Shown here: positions 7,698 to 20,294 of the stretch, piece by piece | How the letters are laid out: every line of letters starts with the position of its first letter | How positions within the stretch are numbered: position 1 is the stretch's first letter | Assembly (NCBI GenBank): GCA_965140445.1 | Contig: OZ223236.1 | Span: 480,001-544,000 of the forward strand | Length of the DNA stretch: 64,000 bases | Origin: Candidatus Ozemobacteraceae bacterium | GTDB taxonomy: Bacteria; Muiribacteriota; Ozemobacteria; Ozemobacterales; Ozemobacteraceae | Direction: 5' to 3' | Notes under the pieces: model-generated | Database searches by the model: none | The model's input: the letters and a program-made list of their open reading frames with translations, nothing else | What the model was told of the DNA's origin: nothing | Program-made: the position numbers and the translations under genes

Positions 7698-10409
7698 TTA
7701 GTCTGCTTTTTCTTCAGATGCAGGAATTCTAACAACAGATATTAGTTTGTCATCAGAATCCAGGGTGATTAGTTTAACACCGGATGCAGCTCTACCAGTA
7801 TTTCTAACAGAGTCAGCATTCATTCTTACCACTTTACCTGAAGTAGTAACAATCATAAGTTCATCGCCTTCAAACATACGTTTAATAGCAAGAACATCAC
7901 CAGTTTTATCCATAATCTTGAGATTAATAACGCCTTTACCGCCTCTATGAGTAACGCGATAATCATTTATATCAGTTTGTTTTCCATAACCTAGCTCAGA
8001 AACAGTGAGAATTTTACCATTATACAGGTTATGATCCTCAACTTCTCCTTCAACAGGCTCTGAATCAGCATCATTAGATGTTTCAACAACATCTTCTGCT
8101 ATTTCCTGATTTTCTGGTGACTCAACAACTTCAACTTGAACGGCCTCGGCCATTACAACTTCCATATTTGAATCGGATTCGGCGTTTTCAATTTCTTCAG
8201 CAACCTGCCTGTCTGCTTCGGTAAGTTTACTGAAAACTTCCATACCAATGATTTCATCGTTTTTGTCGCGGAAAGTTATCGCTTTAACACCTCTAGCTGC
8301 TCTTCCCATAACCCTTACTTCGTCTTCACAGAATCTGATTGCATAACCTTTCTTAGTAGCAACAACAACCTGCTCGCCACCAAAAATTGGTTTAGCACTG
8401 ACAAGTTCATCGCCGTCATCAAGGTTTATTGCAATAATTCCTTTAGCTTTTGGTCTTGAGAAAGCTTCAAGCATAACCATCTTACAAATGCCTTTTTTGG
8501 TAATCATAAATACGCGACGTACATCATCGAATTTTCTGATTGGCATTAATGCAGTAATAATTTCGTCTTCCTGCAACTGTAGTAGGTTAACAATGGCTCT
8601 TCCACTTGCCTGGCGGCCACCTTCAGGAATCTGATATCCCTTAATCCAATGAACCTTACCAATAGAAGTAAATACCATCAAGAAAGAGTGGGTTGTAGCA
8701 AGGAACATGCTTTCGATAACATCATCTTCCCTGACGCCCATCACCGAGCTGCCTTTTCCGCCTCTTCTGATTTGTCTGAATGCATCTGGAGACATTCTCT
8801 TAATGAAACCATTTTTGGTTACAGTAATAATAATATCTTCTTCCTGCATGAGATCTTCCATATCTATTCTTTCAGCTGAGGTTCTAGAAATTACCGATCT
8901 TCTATCATCGCCATATTTAGCCTGGATTTCTAAAAGCTCTTCTTTAATAATCTCACGAATTTTTTCATCAGATTCAAGAATACCTTTCAGTTTCTGGATC
9001 AAAGCCAATGTGTCATGATAATCAGCAACAATTTTGTCGCGTTCAAGACCAGTTAATCTATGAAGTCTCATCTCCAGAATAGCTTGAGCCTGTTTTTCGG
9101 AAAGCATGAACGTTTCCATCAGGCCATTCTTTGCTTCCAGTGCGTTTGGAGATTCTTTAATAAGTTGGATTACAGCATCAAGGTTATCAAGAGCTATAGT
9201 CAAACCTTCAAGAATATGAGCTTTTTCTTCTGCTTTTCTAAGTTGGAATTCTGTTCTTCTTCTAATGATTTCACGACAATGGTTCACGTAATGTTCCATT
9301 AAAGGCTTCAAGCCAAGAACATGCGGTCTATTGTCTATCAAAACAAGATTTATTACACCAAAGCTAGATTGCATCTGGGTGTGTCTGTAAAGCTGATTTA
9401 AAACTACGTCTGTATTAGTCCCTTTTCTAAGTTCAATACAAACTCTCATACCTTCGCGGCTGGATTCATCACGAAGATCGGTAATTCCATCAATTTTTTT
9501 ATCCTTGATTAAATCCGCTATAGATTTAACAAGTCTAGCTTTATTAACCTGGTAAGGAAGCTCTTTAACAATGATTCTATCCTTACCTTTATTGAATTCT
9601 TCAATTTCTACAACAGATCTCATTACAACGCTACCGCGTCCAGTTCTGTATGCAGAGTCGATTCCGTCAGTTCCCATGATGATTGCACCTGTTGGGAAAT
9701 CTGGGCCTGGAACTGATTCCATTAATTCTTCAATGGTAATTTCAGGGTTATCAATTAATCTAACGATTCCCTCAATTACTTCTCTTAAGTTGTGTGGTGG
9801 CATGTTTGTAGCCATACCAACCGCAATACCAGAAGAACCGTTTACCAGAAGATTTGGGAATTTGCTTGGAAGAACCAGAGGCTCGTTCAAAGAACCATCA
9901 AAGTTTGGCATCCAATCAACAGTTTCTTGATCCAAATCGCGGAGCAATTCTTCAGCAAGAGATTTAAGGCGAGCTTCTGTGTAACGCATTGCCGCAGCAG
10001 AATCGCCATCAATCGAACCGAAGTTTCCATGACCATCAATCAAAGGATATCTTAAACTGAAATCCTGGGCCATACGAACCATAGTGTCATAAACGGCAGA
10101 ATCACCATGTGGATGATACTTACCCAAAACTTCCCCAACCGTTCTAGCGGATTTCACAAACGCTTTTTTGCTTGTGAATCCCTGATCAAACATTGCGTAT
10201 AATACGCGTCTGTGAACAGGCTTTAATCCATCTCTAACGTCAGGAAGAGCTCTACCTACGATTACACTCATCGCATAATCAAGGTAAGATGATTTCATAT
10301 CATCTTCAATGTTTACATAAGTTACGCCTGTAGGTGGCGGCGGTGGTGGCGGTGGAGATGCAGGAACTCCGCCATTTTCTTCCATTGGAAGATCATTATT
10401 GCTATCCAT
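7698..10409 (-). CDS. gyrA: DNA gyrase subunit A
   Basis: [34 protein letters not shown] catalytic Tyr, GyrA-box-like RRGGKG. Confidence 0.98.
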   Translation of the reverse strand: MDSNNDLPMEENGGVPASPPPPPPPPTGVTYVNIEDDMKSSYLDYAMSVIVGRALPDVRDGLKPVHRRVLYAMFDQGFTSKKAFVKSARTVGEVLGKYHPHGDSAVYDTMVRMAQDFSLRYPLIDGHGNFGSIDGDSAAAMRYTEARLKSLAEELLRDLDQETVDWMPNFDGSLNEPLVLPSKFPNLLVNGSSGIAVGMATNMPPHNLREVIEGIVRLIDNPEITIEELMESVPGPDFPTGAIIMGTDGIDSAYRTGRGSVVMRSVVEIEEFNKGKDRIIVKELPYQVNKARLVKSIADLIKDKKIDGITDLRDESSREGMRVCIELRKGTNTDVVLNQLYRHTQMQSSFGVINLVLIDNRPHVLGLKPLMEHYVNHCREIIRRRTEFQLRKAEEKAHILEGLTIALDNLDAVIQLIKESPNALEAKNGLMETFMLSEKQAQAILEMRLHRLTGLERDKIVADYHDTLALIQKLKGILESDEKIREIIKEELLEIQAKYGDDRRSVISRTSAERIDMEDLMQEEDIIITVTKNGFIKRMSPDAFRQIRRGGKGSSVMGVREDDVIESMFLATTHSFLMVFTSIGKVHWIKGYQIPEGGRQASGRAIVNLLQLQEDEIITALMPIRKFDDVRRVFMITKKGICKMVMLEAFSRPKAKGIIAINLDDGDELVSAKPIFGGEQVVVATKKGYAIRFCEDEVRVMGRAARGVKAITFRDKNDEIIGMEVFSKLTEADRQVAEEIENAESDSNMEVVMAEAVQVEVVESPENQEIAEDVVETSNDADSEPVEGEVEDHNLYNGKILTVSELGYGKQTDINDYRVTHRGGKGVINLKIMDKTGDVLAIKRMFEGDELMIVTTSGKVVRMNADSVRNTGRAASGVKLITLDSDDKLISVVRIPASEEKAD

Positions 10410-10432
10410 TAAGGCAACCTCTTATTCTATTT

Positions 10433-12764
<2,332 letters not shown>

Positions 12765-12765
<1 letters not shown>

Positions 12766-13724
12766 TAAACTTCAGCTCCTGAGATTTTTAAAAACTCCAG
12801 CCATCTTATATCCAAAATCTGGCTATCGGTTAAATTATCTGGGTCTACTTCTGCAGGGCTACATCCAGCATCCAAAACTACGGCTTTAACTATTTCTTTT
12901 TTCATTTCTGAGGCTGTTTTGGCATCAAAAGCAGCTGAAATCTGCAAAGCATAAATTTCAATCTGATCTAAACAATCATCCAACAATTCTGTCTTGATAA
13001 GATCAAATTCTACTTTTCTAAGATCGGGTAAAAACCTTTTTGCTTCGTCAAAATTAATCCATGGCTGATCCAGAACCATACTTCTAGTTTTGATAAGAGT
13101 CTCTTTTGAGTCATTATGAATGCAAACAGCACAAATTCCATCAGGAAGTTTTGTCATGTTTGCGCTGCATTTTTGACACATCATAAATCCTTGTTCTTTT
13201 AAACCTTTAACTCTTGCACTTAACTTTTTCTGACAAGAATTAATCTTTTTTAATAAATCAGTATCTGCTATTTCAGGAAGCTTAATATCCTCTTCCTTTG
13301 TCCAGTCTGGCCAGTTAATATAATCAGGTAGAAGACTAAGTTCTTCTGGTAGCTTGCCCACCCTTCCCTGAATATCTTTAATATTCATTTCAGGAAACTT
13401 TTTCTGAAGTTTTTTAAGCAATTCATGTTTTAAAAAAACAAGAGTCTGCATCCACTGACTATCAGAAACAGCTAATGTAAGCCTTCCCTGGTAAAGTCTG
13501 GTGGGGCATGTTTTGCTTGCCAGCTGAATTCCAGCTATTTCTCTCCATGAATGAACAAGCTTTCCAAGAACAACCATTTCTTTGCCAGAAAGAATAAAAC
13601 GAGTTTGGGAACCACTGTCACCCTGCTTGTAACTCTTTTCCCTGATCTGTGTTAAAGCCTTAACCAGAGTATTTTTTACATAAGCGATTTTTGGTTTACG
13701 TTTTGTTTGTTTCCTGGCTACCAT
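12765..13724 (-). CDS. dciA: DUF721/DciA-family helicase loader with Zn-ribbon-like C-terminal extension
   Basis: WREIAG..LASKTCP..L..G.L.LAVSDSQWMQTL DUF721 motif; CQKC...CAVC; located between dnaA and gyrB. Confidence 0.75.
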
Positions 13725-13843
13725 TCTTATCTATAACTACCTGTCTCTATAGAGAGTAAACGTTTTTGGATTAATCCGGCTTTAATAGCCTGTTTGGCTA
13801 AAAAAGACAAAATCAACCACTCCATATTATAATGGGGTGAATT

Positions 13844-13872
13844 ATTTTAACTTAAAACAGTTAATTTTTCAA
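13844..13872 (-). promoter_or_regulatory. Sigma-70 promoter for dciA-remB-gyrBA
   Basis: TTGAAA-N17-TAAAAT on the minus strand, downstream of the dnaA terminator. Confidence 0.6.
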
Positions 13873-13904
13873 GTGATTATGCAGTTTTCAGCCTTATTTC
13901 AGGC

Positions 13905-13952
13905 AAAAAAAGAATTCCCTCCGGAAATAAAAATTATTATCCAGAGGGAATT
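13905..13952 (-). terminator. Intrinsic terminator after dnaA
   Basis: AATTCCCTC...GAGGGAATT stem followed by CTTTTTTT on the minus strand. Confidence 0.7.
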
Positions 13953-13968
13953 TGCTTTTTTATAGGGA

Positions 13969-15372
13969 CTATTGCTTTTCTGGGTCTACAAATCTTTTTA
14001 CTCTTTCAAATTCATCTGCAAAAAATTTATCTTTTTTAATCTTTCCATTTATTTTATCGCACGAATGCATAACAGTTGTATGATCCCTTCCGCCAAATTT
14101 ATCGCCAATCTGGTTCAATGAGGAATCAGTAAACAACTGACATAACTTCATAGCAATCTGTCTTGGTAAAACCAGATTCTGAGATCTTCTTTTACCAACC
14201 ATTTCATCTACAGATATTTCATAAAACTCAGCAACTCTTTGTTGAATCCATGAAATATTAATCTTCCCGGGTCCTGAGTCGCGAAGAAAATCTTTTAAGA
14301 CCTGATCAATCAAATCTTTTGAGACTTTCTTACCAACAACCCCTGCGTAGGCCAAAACGCTGTTAAAAGCGCCTTCTAAGGCTCGTATGTTAGACTTTAC
14401 ACCCTGGGCAAGATACAAAATAACTTCATCTGTAACATCAACCATTGATTCACTAGCGCATCGTTTCAAAATAGCTGCTCTGGTTTCAAGGTCTGGAGGC
14501 TGTATATCAACAACAACTCCCATTGCAAATCTTGATGCCAACCTTTCTTCAAGTTTTTTGATCTTTTCTGGTGGAGCATCTGAAGTTAATACAATCTGCT
14601 TTTTTTGTTGAAAGAGTTCATTAAAAGTGTGAAAAAACTCTTCCTGGGTTTGCTCTTTTCCCGCAAAAAATTGAACATCATCAATAAGTAGAAGGTCTTT
14701 CTTTCGATATTTGGATCTGAAAGCTTCAGACTTCTTATCTTTTAAACAGTCTATGAATTCATTTGTAAAGGTTTCTGATGATAGATATGCTACTTTTGTT
14801 TTAGGATTCTTTTTTATGACTTCCTGGCCTATAGCTTGCATAAGGTGAGTTTTACCGAGACCAACTCCACCGTATATAAATACAGGGTTATGCAATTTTC
14901 CAGGGTTTTGTGTTACAGCCTGACATATAGCATGAGCAAATTGATTGCTTTTGCCAACAACGAAAGAATCAAATGAATATTTAGAATTAAACATTCCTTC
15001 ATATTTTGAAGGCATATCTTTCCCTGAATTAGCAACAATTGGCTCTGCAGTCTGCATTTGTGGTAATCCAGGTTGAACAGGTTTGTTAGCCAATTCATTA
15101 TTAGAAAAAGACGGAGAATTTTTAGACCTGGTTACAAATCTAAATTTCAAAGAGGGGTCTTCTTTTCCTAATATTCCAGAAATCATTCCACTGAATCTTT
15201 TTACAGCATAATCCCGACAAAAGTCGTTTAATGCTTCAAGAACAAAACAGTTCTCTTCGATTCCAGCGGGTTTTATTGAATCAAAAAAGACTTTAGCGCT
15301 AGCCTTTTGATTGTCGTTAGCCTCTACTTCAGCTGTTATTTTATCCCAAAGTGTTTCAATAGAAGAAATCAT
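13969..15372 (-). CDS. dnaA: Chromosomal replication initiator DnaA
   Basis: GGVGLGKT, LLLIDDVQF, QEEFFHTFN, GGRDHTTV; likely start ATG 15372 (MISSIETLW) with AGGGG RBS. Confidence 0.99.
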   Translation of the reverse strand: MISSIETLWDKITAEVEANDNQKASAKVFFDSIKPAGIEENCFVLEALNDFCRDYAVKRFSGMISGILGKEDPSLKFRFVTRSKNSPSFSNNELANKPVQPGLPQMQTAEPIVANSGKDMPSKYEGMFNSKYSFDSFVVGKSNQFAHAICQAVTQNPGKLHNPVFIYGGVGLGKTHLMQAIGQEVIKKNPKTKVAYLSSETFTNEFIDCLKDKKSEAFRSKYRKKDLLLIDDVQFFAGKEQTQEEFFHTFNELFQQKKQIVLTSDAPPEKIKKLEERLASRFAMGVVVDIQPPDLETRAAILKRCASESMVDVTDEVILYLAQGVKSNIRALEGAFNSVLAYAGVVGKKVSKDLIDQVLKDFLRDSGPGKINISWIQQRVAEFYEISVDEMVGKRRSQNLVLPRQIAMKLCQLFTDSSLNQIGDKFGGRDHTTVMHSCDKINGKIKKDKFFADEFERVKRFVDPEKQ

Positions 15373-15473
15373 GTACAACAACCCCTGAATTATCTTTGTA
15401 CAAATAAACAAAACTCTCGATGTACACAAAAAGCGAAAAACAAGCGGGGAGTTTGTGTTTTTTTGATGGCTCA

Positions 15474-15502
15474 ATCATAGCAGGAAAATCCTTTGTGCGC
15501 AA
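15474..15502 (-). promoter_or_regulatory. Sigma-70 promoter of dnaA
   Basis: TTGCGC-N17-TATGAT with TG extension. Confidence 0.55.
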
Positions 15503-15539
15503 GGAAATTAACAATCAAAGTAATGATAATAGAGTGTAA

Positions 15540-15745
15540 AACTTGTGGAAACTATGTTGAAAATCTGTTGAAAAATAATGAGCGTTAAAAGTGTGTCTAA
15601 AAAGTGCAAAACCTAAATACCTTTTAAACAAGTTTTTCCACGATTCCAAAACCTCATTGGAAAGTCTATTGACTACCTTTTCCACTTTTCCACCGTCACT
15701 AATAATAATATTACTAAAATTTATAAATAAATTATGTACACAATT
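15540..15745. other. Probable oriC (DnaA boxes, DnaA-trios, AT-rich element)
   Basis: Boxes at 15544, 15555, 15566 (11-bp spacing) and 15634; tandem TTTTCCACTTTTCCACC 15678-15694, then GTC-ACT-AAT-AAT-AAT-ATT-ACT and an AT-rich run; genes diverge from here. Confidence 0.75.
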
Positions 15746-15853
15746 TAGTATAGCAATGTGCAAAACCCAACATTCGCGAACAAAGACAAACAAACATTAA
15801 ACATCTGAAAACAACATTTAGGAATATGTTTTATAGTTTATCATTGTTTGTTG

Positions 15854-15883
15854 TTGACCCTTTAAATTTCTATTTGGTATACT
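15854..15883 (+). promoter_or_regulatory. Sigma-70 promoter of accB operon
   Basis: TTGACC-N18-TATACT with TG extension. Confidence 0.6.
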
Positions 15884-15913
15884 GCACCGATTTAAAAATT
15901 AAGGGGCAAATCA

Positions 15914-16432
15914 ATGTCAAAACCCAAAGCAACGGAAATTAAGGCTGATAAGAAAAAAGCACTTGATCAGGTTATAGATATAATACAGTTTATGGGCGAA
16001 AATAAGCTAGCTGAAATAGATCTTGAAACAGCAGATATGAAGCTTTCTTTGAAAAAAAATTCCCCCCAGAATTTTGTAGCAGCTCCATCTCCGGTTTTTC
16101 ATGCTGCTCCAATTCAAGCAACACCTGTAAACCCGTCAAATAGTCCTAAACCAGCTTCTCCAAAGGTTGAAACTCCAGCAACTACAAATTATCATCAGGT
16201 AATTTCTCCTATGGCTGGAACTTTTTATCGTTCACCATCACCGACTTCTGATCCTTTTTGTAAAGAGGGAGCAGATGTAACAGAAGGGCAGACGGTATGT
16301 ATCGTTGAAGCTATGAAAATGATGAACGAAATAAAAGCTGACAAGGGTGGCAAGATTGTAAAAATTCTTGTTGAAAACGGCAAGCCAGTTGAAAAAGGAA
16401 CTGTTTTGCTCCACGTAGATCTTGGAAACTAA
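15914..16432 (+). CDS. accB: Acetyl-CoA carboxylase biotin carboxyl carrier protein
   Basis: SPMAGTFYRSPSP, EAMKMMNEI biotinylation motif, Pro/Ala linker. Confidence 0.95.
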   Translation: MSKPKATEIKADKKKALDQVIDIIQFMGENKLAEIDLETADMKLSLKKNSPQNFVAAPSPVFHAAPIQATPVNPSNSPKPASPKVETPATTNYHQVISPMAGTFYRSPSPTSDPFCKEGADVTEGQTVCIVEAMKMMNEIKADKGGKIVKILVENGKPVEKGTVLLHVDLGN

Positions 16433-16440
16433 ATTATATT

Positions 16441-17808
16441 ATGAAATTTGATCTTATTGTTATTGGTGGCGGCCCTGGTGGATATCCACTTGCACTTCGG
16501 ATGGCTGGAAAAGGCTTAAAAGTTGCATTAGTAGATAAAGAAAGTGAATTGGGTGGAACCTGTTTAAATTGGGGATGTATTCCCACTAAAGCGCTGTTAG
16601 CTTCTGCCAAGGGTTTTCATTTTTTGAAATCCGCTGATAGCTTTGGGTTGTCACTGATAGAACCTGGATTTGACTGGTTGAAAATCCAGGAAAGAAAAGA
16701 TCAAATAGTCTCAAAACTTCGTCTTGGTATTTCTGGATTGCTAAAAAAAGCTGGCGTAACAGTATTTTACGGCGCAGCAAAAGTCTTTTCCGGTAAAAAA
16801 GTTGTAATCGATGATAAAGAAAAGTCAGAAATTACTGGTGACAAAATTTGTCTGGCAGTTGGTTCTGTTCCTGCTGCTCCGAACGTTTTTCCATCAAATC
16901 GTGAAATTTTTTGGACCAGTGACGAAGCCTTACATACAAAATCTATTCCGGGAAAACTTCTCGTTATAGGCGGCGGCGTTATTGGTATGGAGCTAGGACA
17001 GGTGTTTAATGAGTTTGGCTCTCAAGTCACCGTTGTAGAAATGCTGCCCCAGATATTAAACGGTTTAGATAGTGCTACTGCGAAAAGGTTGCTCCCGGTT
17101 TTTAAAAAAGCGGGAATGACCATTATGACTGGGAAAAAAGTGGAAAAGCTTGTTGAAAAAGATAATAAAGCTATAGCTACGATCGATAACACTGATTATG
17201 AATTCGACAAGGTTCTTATCGCTGTTGGCAGAAGAGTTAATCACAGTTTTTGCGAAGATACGGATCTAAACCTTGAGTTTGAAAATGGATTTGTAAAGGT
17301 TGATGAAAATTACGAATCAAGCGAATCTGGAATTTTTGCTATAGGCGACGCTATTAAAGGACCTATGTTAGCTCACAAAGCATCTTATGATGCAATGATT
17401 CTTTCTAAGCAATTATCAGGAGAAAGTATTAAAGCTAATTATTCTGCGGTTCCTTCATGTGTTTACACTTACCCTGAAATAGCCTGGGTTGGCAAGAGTG
17501 AAGACCAGTTAAAAGCTGAAGGTGTTTCTTATAAAACAGGTCGAAGTATGTTTGCTTCAAATGGCAAAGCTTTAACTGCTGGCGAAGGCGAAGGTCAAAT
17601 TAAAACTTTTGCCGATGATTCAGGAGAAGTTCTTGGATCTGTTATCTGGGGGCCAGAAGCTAGTAATATGATTGTTGAAGCGACCACAATGCTAAAACTT
17701 GGAATTTCCGCAAAAGAATTTTCTCAGGTTATTCATGGTCACCCCACACTTTCAGAAGCTTTTCTTGAATCGGTTGAAAGCTTAACCGGTGAAGGCGCTC
17801 ACGGCTGA
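16441..17808 (+). CDS. lpdA: Dihydrolipoyl dehydrogenase
   Basis: GGGPGG, GGTCLNWGCIP, GPMLAHKA, HPTLSE. Confidence 0.95.
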   Translation: MKFDLIVIGGGPGGYPLALRMAGKGLKVALVDKESELGGTCLNWGCIPTKALLASAKGFHFLKSADSFGLSLIEPGFDWLKIQERKDQIVSKLRLGISGLLKKAGVTVFYGAAKVFSGKKVVIDDKEKSEITGDKICLAVGSVPAAPNVFPSNREIFWTSDEALHTKSIPGKLLVIGGGVIGMELGQVFNEFGSQVTVVEMLPQILNGLDSATAKRLLPVFKKAGMTIMTGKKVEKLVEKDNKAIATIDNTDYEFDKVLIAVGRRVNHSFCEDTDLNLEFENGFVKVDENYESSESGIFAIGDAIKGPMLAHKASYDAMILSKQLSGESIKANYSAVPSCVYTYPEIAWVGKSEDQLKAEGVSYKTGRSMFASNGKALTAGEGEGQIKTFADDSGEVLGSVIWGPEASNMIVEATTMLKLGISAKEFSQVIHGHPTLSEAFLESVESLTGEGAHG

Positions 17809-17809
17809 A

Positions 17810-18985
17810 ATGAAAAGTGTTGGATTCTTAAATCTTCCAGGTTGGCAAGGCGAGCTACAGAAAATTTTGACCAAAAATTCTCTGGAAAGTATTTTGAGAG
17901 CTCCAGTTGCTGGTTCGGAAAATGTTGAATATCCATGGGCAGCACTTGAAACGGAAGAATTTTTATCAGCAGTCGAAACTGGAATTCATTTTGCGGGCGG
18001 TTCAGCAGTAAAAAGCTGGACAAAAAAGGTAATTACTACTGACTCAAGTGTAGCTTCTGACAGAATTTTAAAAGGTTTATTTAACTCTACTTATTTTTAT
18101 GGAGCCATTGGCGGAACCTTTTCCTTTTTTAAAATGCTTGGAGAGGATTTTTCATCTCCGGGAATAAAAAGAATAATCGTTCAGAATGATGCTGTTTCCG
18201 GATACGTTCTTTCAAGGGTAGAAAAATTTGGAAAAACTATTGAAGAAGCTACCCATGAAGCACAGTGGGATGGCATTGCTACTGAAAATCCTAACCCGCA
18301 TCTTCATGGAATGGTAACTAGAAACAGACTTTCACTGCAAATGGCTGAAGCTTTTAATGTGTTTACAGCTCCAGAGAATATTTTTTGTGAAGGAATCAGT
18401 ACACTGAGTCCTGAAGATGTTTTAATCAGCAAAGAGTTAAATTGTTCTATCCGGTTATTGGGAATTGGTGAAATAGAAGATGGCGAGATCAAAGCATGTG
18501 TCGGGCCTTGTATTATTCCTGACAAATACTTTCTTGCTCAGGCCAGAGGCGGATCTGAGATAATCTATGCTCAGGATGTAAACGGTGGCTCGCAGGTTTT
18601 TGCCTGTCCAGGAACCTCTAATGAACAGATTATTAGAGGAGTATTGTCTGATCTATTTTCTGCCGAATGTAAAAAGAAGAAACCGATAGTGCTTCAAAGC
18701 CGTTGTTCATCTATTCCGGGGAAATTTTATATTAGAATTTCCTTAGTTAATCTTGCAGATACTTTATCCCAGATTTGTGGAATTTTTGTGGAAAACTCAA
18801 TAGAAATTGAATCTATTTTTCAGGATTTTAAAAAGCTTGTTTCACGAGAAACCGATGATTCAGAGCTCGAAGCGGTACTCTTTACCGGTGAAACAAGCAA
18901 CGAAAAGATTGCTGATGTTTGCCGAATCATAGGCGAAAAAGCAAGATTGGCTACTGTTAAATCTTGCTTTAGATTCATTCGGTAA
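17810..18985 (+). CDS. Homoserine dehydrogenase-like protein with ACT domain, catalytic motifs degenerate
   Basis: Hom-like segments (EATHEAQWDGIA, EGISTLSPEDV..SKELNCSIRLLG, C-terminal ACT FYIRISL) but no GxGxxG, TANK, NGT or DxxxK. Confidence 0.7.
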   Translation: MKSVGFLNLPGWQGELQKILTKNSLESILRAPVAGSENVEYPWAALETEEFLSAVETGIHFAGGSAVKSWTKKVITTDSSVASDRILKGLFNSTYFYGAIGGTFSFFKMLGEDFSSPGIKRIIVQNDAVSGYVLSRVEKFGKTIEEATHEAQWDGIATENPNPHLHGMVTRNRLSLQMAEAFNVFTAPENIFCEGISTLSPEDVLISKELNCSIRLLGIGEIEDGEIKACVGPCIIPDKYFLAQARGGSEIIYAQDVNGGSQVFACPGTSNEQIIRGVLSDLFSAECKKKKPIVLQSRCSSIPGKFYIRISLVNLADTLSQICGIFVENSIEIESIFQDFKKLVSRETDDSELEAVLFTGETSNEKIADVCRIIGEKARLATVKSCFRFIR

Positions 18986-18990
18986 TTTCA

Positions 18991-20202
18991 ATGTTTTTAA
19001 ACGGCGATGTCTTAGTTCAAAAATTCGGCGGTTCTTCTATGGCCTCCGTAGATAGAATCAGAAGAGTTGCTCAAAGAGTTGCAGACAAAGCTTCACGCGG
19101 GCATCGAGTGGTAGTTGTGGTTTCTGCCATGGGGGACACTACAGACGACTTGATCGGCTTGATGGAAAAAGTTTCAATTGATCCAAACAGGCGAGAGTTG
19201 GATCAAATGATGGCTACCGGAGAGATGGTTAGTTCAGCCTTAGCCGCTGCGACACTACAATCTATGGGGGTCAGAGCCAGATCTTTTAATGCTTTTAATC
19301 TGCATTTGCTTTCCGGACTGGAAAACGGGGAATATAACATTCAACAAATTGGTCGGTTAAATAATCTGGCTAGATTTCTGGAACCTGGATCTGTGGCTGT
19401 TGTTGCTGGTTTTCAGGGAATAACCGGAGAAGGTGATTTAACAACTCTTGGTCGTGGCGGTTCAGATCTTACTGCAGTTGTATTAGCCAGAGAGCTTGGG
19501 CAAAAGGTTTGTGAGAAATACACTGACGAAGATGGGGTTTACACTGCAGATCCTCGCCATGTCCCGCAGGCAAGAAAAGTTTGGCATTTAAATTACGACG
19601 AAATGAAAACTCTTGCTTTATACGGCAATGGAATTCTTCATCCGAGAGCAATTTGTTGTGCCAAAGAGTCTGAAATAAGAATTCATGTGAGATCAAGTTT
19701 TACCAAAGCAGAGGGAAGTGTTATAGGGCCAACAGGCGATTCAAGTGTTCCGGTTAAAAGTATTGCTGTTCAATCAAAAAATGTTATTTCTCGAATCGAA
19801 GGGGTTAGAAAACTACATCCTGTTTTTTGGAGCGAATTAGACTCCTCAGGAATTAAAGTTTTGCTTAGAGAATGGAAAGAATACAATCAAAACCAGGGAA
19901 GTTTAAGATTAGGCTTTTCCAGAGATGAAGCTTTTTCTGCCATCCCATTTTGTTGGGACCAGGCTGTTAAACTTGAGGCTGACGAAGTTGAAAATTTTTC
20001 CAATGTTAATACTATATCCATAGTTGGTGATGGCATAGCCACCAACTTAAATCTTGTTAAAAAATTTCTTAAAAAACTTAATGAGGAAAAGATTTTTCCT
20101 ATAATCGTCGACCACCACGGAATAAGGCTAAGCCTATCTGTGGAAAATCCTGATTCCAATCGGGCTTTAAAAGCTTTGCACGACTTAATTTCATTTGAGT
20201 GA
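18991..20202 (+). CDS. lysC: Aspartate kinase
   Basis: VQKFGGSS, VVSAMGDTTD, AGFQG, TTLGRGGSDLTA, DGVYTADPR. Confidence 0.92.
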   Translation: MFLNGDVLVQKFGGSSMASVDRIRRVAQRVADKASRGHRVVVVVSAMGDTTDDLIGLMEKVSIDPNRRELDQMMATGEMVSSALAAATLQSMGVRARSFNAFNLHLLSGLENGEYNIQQIGRLNNLARFLEPGSVAVVAGFQGITGEGDLTTLGRGGSDLTAVVLARELGQKVCEKYTDEDGVYTADPRHVPQARKVWHLNYDEMKTLALYGNGILHPRAICCAKESEIRIHVRSSFTKAEGSVIGPTGDSSVPVKSIAVQSKNVISRIEGVRKLHPVFWSELDSSGIKVLLREWKEYNQNQGSLRLGFSRDEAFSAIPFCWDQAVKLEADEVENFSNVNTISIVGDGIATNLNLVKKFLKKLNEEKIFPIIVDHHGIRLSLSVENPDSNRALKALHDLISFE

Positions 20203-20294
20203 TTTTTTCCTTCATATCTGATCCATATACGCCGATATAAGGGAGACGGAAGCTTCAAAAGGAGCTTCAAATTCCTTAAAAAACGGGTAAACAA

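Noticed and set aside
15515..15800. Short ORFs on both strands upstream of dnaA
   Set aside because: They coincide with the DnaA-box/trio region, have no RBS or family motif, and are not rpmH.
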